The position numbers were made by a program, and so were the translations under genes. A stretch of DNA of 64,000 nt. Origin: Actinomycetota bacterium. GTDB taxonomy: Bacteria > Actinomycetota > Actinomycetes > Propionibacteriales > Nocardioidaceae. The first letter of the stretch is position 1; every line of letters begins with the position of its first letter. The notes beneath the pieces are model-generated. The model was not told the origin of the DNA. It ran no database searches and was given only the letters and a program-made list of their open reading frames with translations. Location: positions 26,074 to 90,073 of the forward strand of contig JBKPTA010000006.1 of assembly GCA_046735295.1 (NCBI GenBank), written 5' to 3'. This document shows positions 38,876-48,221 of the stretch, piece after piece.

Positions 38876-40369
38876 ATGGGCATCGCGCCTGAACTCACGT
38901 TCGTGCGCTCGATTGCGTCTCAGCGCGCCCCGAGCCGTGCGCTCCGGGCGCTGCCGCTGACCGCCCTGCTCCTGGACCTCCTGCTCGTCACGTCCACGGT
39001 GCTGCTCGCGGCGTTCGGTCGGAGCCGGATCGTGCACTTCGGGTCGGGGAGCCCGGCGCTCTCTCAGTCGGTGTCGGGTCCCAGCCTGTCCCAGGGGGTC
39101 GCGCTGGTCGCCGTCCCTCTCGTGATCGGCTGGATCGGGCTGATCGCCCTCCGCGGCGGTTACGACCGGGGCATCTTCGGCGCCGGCGCCGACGAGTACA
39201 AGGCCGTCGTGAACGCCAGCCTGCTGACGGCGGCGCTGCTCGGGATCGGGTGCTACCTGCTCAAGCTGCCTCTCTCCCGTGGGTTCTTCGTCTTCGCCTT
39301 CCTGATCGGCCCCGTCCTGCTGGCGGCCGGCCGCCACCTGCTGCGGCGCTCCCTGCACCGCGCGCGTCGCCACGGCGCCCTGGGCCAGCGCACCATCGTC
39401 GTGGGCGGCGAGGACCACGTCGACGCCGTCGCGGGCGTCCTCGCCCGCGAGACGTGGCTGGGGTACGACGTCCTGGGCGCCCTGGTCCCCGCCGGAAGCA
39501 CAGTGGAGACCGAGGGCGGGATCCAGGTACTCGGTGGCGTCGACGAGGCCGCGGCGGTGGTCCGTGCCTACGAGGCCGACGTCGTGTTCGTCGTGGGGGG
39601 TGCCTTCGACGCTCCCCTCGCGATGCGCAACCTGGTCTGGGACCTGGAGTCCGACAACGTCCAGGTCATCATGGCTCCTGGTGTCACCGACGTCTCGAGC
39701 GAGCGCATCCGCGTCCGTCCCGTGGCCGGGCTCCCGTTGCTCCATCTCGACCGGCCGCGCTCACAGGACGCCCTCCGCTGGGCCAAGCGCACGTTCGACG
39801 TCCTCGGGTCGGCCACCCTGCTCGCGTTCGCCTCTCCGCTGATCGTGTGGACCGCGTGGCAGATCAAGCGCCATGACGGGGGCCCGGTGCTCTTCCGCCA
39901 GACGCGCGTGGGGCGTGACGGCAGCTTCTTCACCTGTCTGAAGTTCCGCAGCATGGTTCTCGACGCCGAGAACTCGCTGACCGAGCTCCACAGCGAGGTG
40001 GGCTACGACGGCGGCCTGTTCAAGATGCAGCGCGACCCGCGCATCACCGGGCCGGGTCATTGGATCCGCCGGTACTCGATCGACGAGCTGCCCCAGCTGC
40101 TCAACGTGCTCCGAGGCGACATGAGCCTGGTCGGGCCACGGCCGCCGCTGCCGCTGGAGGTCGACCGCTACACGTTGATGCAGTCGCGCAGGCTCCGTGT
40201 GCGTCCCGGCCTGACCGGCCTCTGGCAGGTGTCCGGCCGCTCCGACCTGTCGTGGACCGAGTCGATCCGGCTCGACCTCTACTACGTCGACAACTGGTCG
40301 ATGATCCAGGACCTGGTGATCCTGGCCCGCACGGTGGTTGCTGTCCTGGGCTCCCGTGGCGCCTACTGA
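38876..40369 (+). CDS. polyprenyl-phosphate glycosyl-1-phosphate transferase (WbaP/EpsB-type priming sugar transferase)
   Basis: N-terminal TM helices and a linker are followed by the C-terminal bacterial sugar-transferase domain (...KFRSM...DPRIT..G.WIRRYSIDELPQLLNVLRGDMSLVGPRP...). Confidence 0.85.
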   Translation: MGIAPELTFVRSIASQRAPSRALRALPLTALLLDLLLVTSTVLLAAFGRSRIVHFGSGSPALSQSVSGPSLSQGVALVAVPLVIGWIGLIALRGGYDRGIFGAGADEYKAVVNASLLTAALLGIGCYLLKLPLSRGFFVFAFLIGPVLLAAGRHLLRRSLHRARRHGALGQRTIVVGGEDHVDAVAGVLARETWLGYDVLGALVPAGSTVETEGGIQVLGGVDEAAAVVRAYEADVVFVVGGAFDAPLAMRNLVWDLESDNVQVIMAPGVTDVSSERIRVRPVAGLPLLHLDRPRSQDALRWAKRTFDVLGSATLLAFASPLIVWTAWQIKRHDGGPVLFRQTRVGRDGSFFTCLKFRSMVLDAENSLTELHSEVGYDGGLFKMQRDPRITGPGHWIRRYSIDELPQLLNVLRGDMSLVGPRPPLPLEVDRYTLMQSRRLRVRPGLTGLWQVSGRSDLSWTESIRLDLYYVDNWSMIQDLVILARTVVAVLGSRGAY

Positions 40370-40510
40370 GACCGAGCAGGAGCGTGCGAGTAACGAGCAC
40401 GGTCCGTGGGCGAGGGAAGGTTGAGCGAGCCCACGGCTGAGCCTGCGAAGCCGTGCCGGGCGAGTCGGAACCGCGTGCCGGCGCCTGGCGCATCGACAGC
40501 CTGCTCCCGA

Positions 40511-40590
40511 CAGGCTCGACCGACACTGTCGCTCGACCGACACTGTGGTCTCGACGAGCTCGACCGACGCCGACGCTCGACCGACGATCT
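40511..40590. repeat. 17-18-bp tandem repeat with GTCGGTCGAG core (locus B, inverted orientation, 4 cores)
   Basis: CTCGACCGAC occurs at 40515, 40532, 40559 and 40576, and GTGGTCTCGAC (the reverse complement of GTCGAGACCAC) at 40545-40555. It sits between the convergent sugar transferase and rmlA. Confidence 0.7.
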
Positions 40591-40599
40591 GGTGGCGCG

Positions 40600-42518
<1,919 letters not shown>

Positions 42519-42525
42519 CAGGGCT

Positions 42526-43923
42526 GTGAGCTCCCCCGACATCGAGACGACCCCGATTCCGGGTCTGCTCGTCCTCAGGCTCGACCTGCGGCGCGACGAG
42601 CGCGGCTGGTTCGAGGAGATGTGGCAGCGCGAGCGGATGATCGCCCTCGGCCTCCCGGACTTCGGACCCGTGCAGGCGAACGTCGCCTGGAACGACGCGC
42701 GCGGAACCACCCGGGGGATGCACGCCGAGCCGTGGGACAAGCTGGTCACGGTCACCGCTGGCCGCGCGTACGGCGCCTGGGTCGACCTGCGCGCCGGCGA
42801 CGGGTTCGGCACGACGTTCGGCATCGACCTCGAGCCGGGGGTTGCCGTCTTCGTGCCGCGCGGTGTCGGCAACGGGTACCAGACGACGGCCGACGCGACG
42901 GCGTACTCCTACTTGGTCAACGACCACTGGCGCCCGGACACCGGCTACGCCGCCGTCGACCATGCCGACCCGGACCTGGCGATCGGCTGGCCAGTGCCGT
43001 CCGCGGAACGCGTGTTGTCAGACCGCGACCGCTCGGCTCGCCCGTTGTCCGACGTCGAGCCGATCCCGGTCCGGACGCCGTTGGTCATCGGCGCGCAGGG
43101 CCAGGTCGGGCGGGCTCTGCTGACGGCGTTCCCGGGCGCCCGCGGGGTCACCCGGACAGAGCTCGACCTGAGCGACCTCGACCAGCTGGAGCGGTGGCCC
43201 TGGCGCGAGCACGACGTCGTGCTCAACGCAGCGGCGTACACGGCCGTCGACGGCGCGGAGACGGCCGAGGGCCGTCGTACGGCGTGGGCGGTGAACGCGG
43301 CCGGACCGGCCGCGCTGGCAGGACTCGCCGTGCGGCACGGCTTCACGCTCGTCCACCTGTCCTCCGACTACGTCTACGACGGCACCGTCGCCGAGCACGT
43401 GGAGGACGAGCCGCCCGCGCCGCTCGGCGTGTACGGGCAGAGCAAGGCCGCCGGGGACCTCGCGGTCACCGCTGTTCCGCGCCACTACGTGGTGCGGACG
43501 GCGTGGGTGGTCGGCGACGGTGGGAACTTCGTCCGCACGATGGCCCGGCTCGCGGACGAGGGTGGGTCGCCGTCGGTCGTCACCGACCAGGTGGGCCGGT
43601 TGGCCTTCGCCGACGAGATCGCCCGCGCCACCCGTCACCTGGTGGCGGCTTCGGCGCCGTACGGCACCTACCACGTCAGCAACAGCGGGCCGCCGACCTC
43701 GTGGGCCGACGTGGCGCGCGAGATCTTCTCCCTGCGGGGACGTGACCCCGCCGACGTCACGCCGGTGACGAGCGCTGAGTACGCCGCGGGTCGAGCCGTC
43801 GCGCCACGGCCGGCCAGCAGCGTGCTGTCGCTGGACAAGCTGGTCTCGACGGGCTTCGAGCCCCTCGACGCCGGCGAGGCGTTGCGTGCCTACGTGGCGA
43901 CGCTGCCAGCGTCACGCCCGTAG
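42526..43923 (+). CDS. fused dTDP-4-dehydrorhamnose 3,5-epimerase / dTDP-4-dehydrorhamnose reductase
   Basis: The N-terminal half is RmlC-like (IPGLLVLRLDLRRDERGWFEEMW...TTRGMHAEPWDKLVTV...FVPRGVGNGY). The C-terminal half is RmlD-like (LVIGAQGQVGRAL...NAAAYTAVDGAE...SSDYVYDG...YGQSKAAGD). Confidence 0.85.
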   Translation: MSSPDIETTPIPGLLVLRLDLRRDERGWFEEMWQRERMIALGLPDFGPVQANVAWNDARGTTRGMHAEPWDKLVTVTAGRAYGAWVDLRAGDGFGTTFGIDLEPGVAVFVPRGVGNGYQTTADATAYSYLVNDHWRPDTGYAAVDHADPDLAIGWPVPSAERVLSDRDRSARPLSDVEPIPVRTPLVIGAQGQVGRALLTAFPGARGVTRTELDLSDLDQLERWPWREHDVVLNAAAYTAVDGAETAEGRRTAWAVNAAGPAALAGLAVRHGFTLVHLSSDYVYDGTVAEHVEDEPPAPLGVYGQSKAAGDLAVTAVPRHYVVRTAWVVGDGGNFVRTMARLADEGGSPSVVTDQVGRLAFADEIARATRHLVAASAPYGTYHVSNSGPPTSWADVAREIFSLRGRDPADVTPVTSAEYAAGRAVAPRPASSVLSLDKLVSTGFEPLDAGEALRAYVATLPASRP

Positions 43924-44249
43924 TCGTCGTCGAGCCGGACGATGTCGTCCTCGCCGGTGTAGTCGCCGCGTTGCACCTCGATCATCACCAGATCCTCGGC
44001 GTGCAGGTTGGCGATGCGGTGCGGCGTGCCGACACCCACCTCGACGGATCCGCCGGTCTTGAGCTCGACCGTCTCGCCGTCGAGGGTGCAGGTCGCGGTG
44101 CCCCGGACGACGGTCCAGTGCTCCGACCGCTGCTCGTGGAACTGGTAGGACAGACGGTGGCCCGGGCGCACCTCGATCCGCTTGACCTTGTAGCCCGCCC
44201 CTTGGTCGAGCACGTGCCACGCACCCCAGGGCCGCTGCTCGGACTCCAT
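43890..44249 (-). CDS. cupin-domain protein (mannose-6-phosphate isomerase type II C-terminal cupin-like)
   Basis: RPWGAWHVLDQGAGYKVKRIEVRPGHRLSYQFHEQRSEHWTVVRGTA...VGVGTPHRIAN. Its 3' end overlaps the rmlCD 3' end by 34 nt (convergent). Confidence 0.7.
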   Translation of the reverse strand: MESEQRPWGAWHVLDQGAGYKVKRIEVRPGHRLSYQFHEQRSEHWTVVRGTATCTLDGETVELKTGGSVEVGVGTPHRIANLHAEDLVMIEVQRGDYTGEDDIVRLDDDYGRDAGSVAT

Positions 44250-44446
44250 TGCTCAAGAGTCTCACGCCGCCGCCCGCCTGGGATCGCAACGTGGCGGTCG
44301 GCAACCTGGCGGCAGGCACCCGGCGGCAGGCCGCACGCCGCCAGCCGCAGAAGACGCGGACGGTCACTGCGACACGCCCCGAGGCGGGCGAAGAGTTCCG
44401 CGTCCTCCTTCTCGGCACTCTCGCAGAAGGGCAGACGGACGAGGAC

Positions 44447-44477
44447 CGGCCCGGAAGGCTGGTGCCTCCCGGGCCGG
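44447..44477 (-). terminator. GC-rich hairpin downstream of the hbhA-like gene
   Basis: CCGGCCCGG(aagg)ctggtg(cctc)CCGGGCCGG has a 9-bp perfect stem plus extension. It lies about 40 nt after the hbhA-like stop. There is no clear U-tract. Confidence 0.4.
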
Positions 44478-44515
44478 CGGCCATCGGGCTGAGTGTCACG
44501 CGCCCGCCCGTGGTG

Positions 44516-45157
44516 TCACTGGTGGGAGTCGCCGACCTTGGACCCCGCGGCCGTGGTGGCCCGCGCCGCGCTGCCGGCGGTCTTCTTGGCGGAGGTCGCA
44601 GTCGCCTTGGCACTGCTCTTGGCCGGGCTCTTGCGCGCGGTCCTCTTGGCCGCCGTGGTCGTCTTCTTCGCCGTCTTCGTCGCCTGCGTGCGCGTGGTCT
44701 TCGCCTTCACAGCCGTCGTGGACGCCGATGCGGCGGCCTGCTTCGTGGCCGGCTGGCGACGGATGCGACCGACCAGTGTCTCGCCGCGGCGGACCAGCTC
44801 GTCGTAGGTCGAGCCGGCGTTGGCCACCTGCTCGTCGACCAGCTTCTGGAGCCGGGCCGGCAGGTGACGCGCCTCGGACTGCAGCGCGATGCGGCGGGCC
44901 TGGGCGTCCTTGCCGAGGGTCTCGACCCGGGCGGTGACCGCGTGGGCCGCCTGCTCGCGCAGGGCCTGCGGCTGGTAGTCGAGCCCGGTGACCGTCTTCT
45001 GGACGTCCTGCTGGACGGACTGGGCGCGCTTCTGCACGTCCGCGACGGCACCGCGTACGACCGCGACGACGCGGTCGGTGGCGCCAACGCCGGCGTAGAT
45101 CGGACGCGAGACGGCGACCGGCAGCTGGGTGGGAATGTCGAACCTGGCCTTGGCCAT
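44516..45157 (-). CDS. hbhA: heparin-binding-hemagglutinin-like (HbhA family) protein
   Basis: A coiled-coil N-domain with ...STYDELVRRGETLVGRIRRQ (compare Mtb HbhA YNELVERGEAALQRLR) is followed by a Lys/Ala/Thr-rich C-terminal tail. An XRE regulator lies upstream, as with Rv0474-Rv0475. Confidence 0.7.
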   Translation of the reverse strand: MAKARFDIPTQLPVAVSRPIYAGVGATDRVVAVVRGAVADVQKRAQSVQQDVQKTVTGLDYQPQALREQAAHAVTARVETLGKDAQARRIALQSEARHLPARLQKLVDEQVANAGSTYDELVRRGETLVGRIRRQPATKQAAASASTTAVKAKTTRTQATKTAKKTTTAAKRTARKSPAKSSAKATATSAKKTAGSAARATTAAGSKVGDSHQ

Positions 45158-45219
45158 GGTGTTTCTCCTTAGGTGGGGGTCTTCTGGTGAGGTGGTGGTC
45201 CCCGGCGGGGCCGGGTCGG

Positions 45220-45600
45220 TCAGTGGGCGTCGCTCCCGGTGTTGAGAGCGAGGAACGACGCGTACACGTCGAGCAGGGTCTGCTTCTGGCGCTCGGTCAG
45301 CACCCGGTCACCGAGGACGGCGAGCTCGACCGAGCCGCCCACGCCGTCGTCCGGACTGACGATCCCGGCCCGGATGTAGAGCTGCTCCGCGGAGATGCGC
45401 AACGCCTTGGCCAGCTGTTGCAGCACCTCGGCGGACGGCCGGCGCAGTCCGTGCTCGATCTGGCTCAGGTAGGGGTTGGAGACGCCGGCCTGCTCGGCGA
45501 GCTGGCGCAGGGACAGCTGTGCCGAGACCCGCTGCTCCCGCAGGTAGTCGCCGAGACCCTCGACGGTCTTCCCCATCTTGCTCCTGGCCACGTCCCCCAT
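45220..45600 (-). CDS. XRE-family helix-turn-helix transcriptional regulator (Rv0474-like)
   Basis: LSLRQLAEQAGVSNPYLSQIEHGLRRPSAEVLQQLAKAL. The start is taken at MGDVARSKMGKT; the second Met is also possible. Confidence 0.8.
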   Translation of the reverse strand: MGDVARSKMGKTVEGLGDYLREQRVSAQLSLRQLAEQAGVSNPYLSQIEHGLRRPSAEVLQQLAKALRISAEQLYIRAGIVSPDDGVGGSVELAVLGDRVLTERQKQTLLDVYASFLALNTGSDAH

Positions 45601-45744
45601 AGTGCTAGCCCCTGCTAGCAAACGCAAACCGACGGCGCGGTGAGAGGCGTCACAGGATCCACGAACCGCCTGATCTCTCAGGGTTCTCACGGGTCGCACC
45701 ACGTGCTTGCTGCATCTAGCACCACGGTCCCGAGCCCGCGACGG

Positions 45745-46722
45745 TCAGCCCAGGACGGCGCGGATCTCCCCGACCGGTCGCCCTCCGCCGAGCAGCTGCA
45801 CGACCCCGGTTCGCCGGACGGCCTCGGCATCGACGCCGGGCTCGTCGAGCACGCCGGACAGCCGCAGTGCCTCGGCCATCAGCACCGGCCGGACCCGCGC
45901 TGCCCCGTCGTCGGTCTTGAGGGCGAAGGCGCGTCCGTCCGGGAGCGCCACGGCGTAACAGCCCTCCGCGCCGGCCTTCCCGATCGCCCCCGGAACGGCG
46001 GCGAGCAGAGCGCACTCGTCTCGGCCGCTCCCCGAGACGTACGCCGGGTGGGCACGGATGGCGCCGGCGACGCGTGCCGCGTCGGGGTCCGCGGCACCCG
46101 AGGGGTCAACACCCAGGGCGAGACGGCGGAACGCCGTGGCGAGGCCGACCAGCGACGCGGAGAGGAGCGGGGCCCCGCAGCCGTCGACGGCGATGACCGC
46201 GATCGGCTCGCCGGTGAGCTCGGAGAAGGAGGCCGCGATCGCACGCTGCAGCGGGTGCTCCGGGTCGAGGTAGGTGTCGGTCGGCCACCCGTTCGCCACG
46301 CACGTCGCGAGCATGGCCGCGTGCTTGCCGGAGCAGTTCATCAGCACGGGAGCTCGCTCCCCACCCTCGCGAATGACCGTCTCTCGCGCGGCATCGTCGA
46401 GCGGATAGTCCGGCGGGGTCTGCAGGTCGGCCTCGGACAGCCCCGCGGAGGCCAGGATGCGGCGTACCCCCTCCACGTGGAACGGCTCCCCGGAGTGGGA
46501 GGCGCACGCCAGGGCGAGTAGCTCGGGCGGGAGGTCCAGCCCGACCCGGACCATGGCCAGCGCCTGTACGGGCTTGTTGCACGAGCGGGGCAGCACCGGC
46601 CCCTCGGCGTCGCCCACGGACCAGGCCACCGACCCGTCGGCGGCCAACGCCACCACGGAGCCGTAGTGATGACCCTCGACGAAGCCGCTACGGACGATCT
46701 CCGCCACCGGGACGGCGTTCAC
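45745..46722 (-). CDS. asparaginase (L-asparaginase II family)
   Basis: RSGFVEGHHYGSVVAL...RSCNKPVQALAMV...MNCSGKHAAMLA...VDGCGAP. Confidence 0.8.
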   Translation of the reverse strand: MNAVPVAEIVRSGFVEGHHYGSVVALAADGSVAWSVGDAEGPVLPRSCNKPVQALAMVRVGLDLPPELLALACASHSGEPFHVEGVRRILASAGLSEADLQTPPDYPLDDAARETVIREGGERAPVLMNCSGKHAAMLATCVANGWPTDTYLDPEHPLQRAIAASFSELTGEPIAVIAVDGCGAPLLSASLVGLATAFRRLALGVDPSGAADPDAARVAGAIRAHPAYVSGSGRDECALLAAVPGAIGKAGAEGCYAVALPDGRAFALKTDDGAARVRPVLMAEALRLSGVLDEPGVDAEAVRRTGVVQLLGGGRPVGEIRAVLG

Positions 46723-46795
46723 CGGCCCGCCGGGAACGCGGCTCGAGACGACGGTGCGGGCACCCCGCCACGGTAGCGACGCGGCGTCGGGCCGG

Positions 46796-48151
46796 TCATA
46801 CGAGCTCCTCCATCAGCTCGCCGAACGCCGCGAGGTAGGCGTCGACATCCTCGTCGGTCGCAGCGACCGAGCACGTAGGACCTGCGCCGACGATGGCGTC
46901 CCAGACGCCTCGGTTGGCGAGGTAGACGCGCATGAGGCGCCGGAGCGGCACGTCGAATGTCCCCATCGCGACTGCGGCCGTGCGCGGCATCTCGCCGCTG
47001 AACGACAGACCGCTGCGCGGCCAGAACCGGTGCGTCGTCCACCCCATGCCGGAGGCGGCCACGGCCTGTGACAGCCCGTCGGCCAGCCGCGCCCCGAGCC
47101 GTTGGCTGTGCGCATACGCCTCGTCGGTCAGCACCTCGCTCATCGTCGCACGCGCGGCGGCCATCGAGACCGGGTTGCCGAACAACGTCCCGCCCACGGC
47201 GACCTGGGGCTTGTCCTCGTCCCGCCCGCCCGGGCGTTGGAGGACCTCGGCGACGTCCGCGGTCATCCCGTACGCGCCCAGCGGGATCCCGGCGGCGATG
47301 GACTTGCCCACCGTGACGAGGTCGGGCTCCAGCACCCACCGCCGGGTCAGTCCTCCCGGTCCGACCACCTGCGTGTGCGTCTCGTCGTAGGCCAACAACG
47401 TGCCGGTACGCCGGGTCAGCGCCCGCAGCCCCTCGTGGAATCCCTGATCGGGCAGGAGCAGGCCGACGTTGTTGGTGAGTGCAGGCTCGGTGACGACGAC
47501 CGCCACGTCGCGCTTCTCGAGCGCCCGCTCAACGGCCTCCAGGTCGTTGAACGGCACGACGGCCGCCCGCGCGGTGACATCGTGCGGCAGCCCGGCCTCC
47601 TCCGGCACGAGCCCGCCCGCCGTGAGCTCGACCAGGACGTCGTCGAAGTGGCCGTGGTACTTGCCGTCGAAGAACAGCACACGCTCTCTCCCGGTCAGCG
47701 ACCGGGCGACGCGGATGACCTCGGTGTTGGCGCTGGTCGCCGCCAGGGTGAACTGCCACAGAGGCAGGCCGTAGCGTCGCGCCAGCTCGCCGGCGACCCA
47801 GACGGAGTCCTCGGTCGGAAGGAGGTACTGCGATCCGATGCCGACCTGACGAGCGACCGCCTCGACGACGGGGGCGGGCCCGTAGCCGGTGAACATCGAC
47901 ATGTCGGCGATGTTGAAGTCGGCGTACTCGTGACCATCGACGTCGCGCAGCCGTGAACCAGCGGCCGACTCGATGAAGAGCGGCGGATGGTCGTACGACG
48001 TGCGCAGCCAGCTCATCGGGACGCCGTTCGGCATCACGGCCTGCCCGCTGGACCACATCGCCGCGCTGCGTGGGCGCGCGGCCACGAACGCGGCGTCCTC
48101 GCGCTCCTTGAGCGCAGCCACCCGATCCGGGTGCACGCCCGATCCCGTCAC
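46796..48151 (-). CDS. class-III (PLP) aminotransferase, glutamate-1-semialdehyde aminomutase-like
   Basis: ...TLAATSANTEVIRVAR...YDETHT...TVGKSIAAGIPLGAYG (PLP lysine). Confidence 0.85.
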   Translation of the reverse strand: MTGSGVHPDRVAALKEREDAAFVAARPRSAAMWSSGQAVMPNGVPMSWLRTSYDHPPLFIESAAGSRLRDVDGHEYADFNIADMSMFTGYGPAPVVEAVARQVGIGSQYLLPTEDSVWVAGELARRYGLPLWQFTLAATSANTEVIRVARSLTGRERVLFFDGKYHGHFDDVLVELTAGGLVPEEAGLPHDVTARAAVVPFNDLEAVERALEKRDVAVVVTEPALTNNVGLLLPDQGFHEGLRALTRRTGTLLAYDETHTQVVGPGGLTRRWVLEPDLVTVGKSIAAGIPLGAYGMTADVAEVLQRPGGRDEDKPQVAVGGTLFGNPVSMAAARATMSEVLTDEAYAHSQRLGARLADGLSQAVAASGMGWTTHRFWPRSGLSFSGEMPRTAAVAMGTFDVPLRRLMRVYLANRGVWDAIVGAGPTCSVAATDEDVDAYLAAFGELMEELV

Positions 48152-48221
48152 GGCCGGAAGCGTAGACCTGACCGTCGGTCGGGTCCGGCTCCGATGCCGC
48201 GATCACGCCCCCTGGCGGCGG

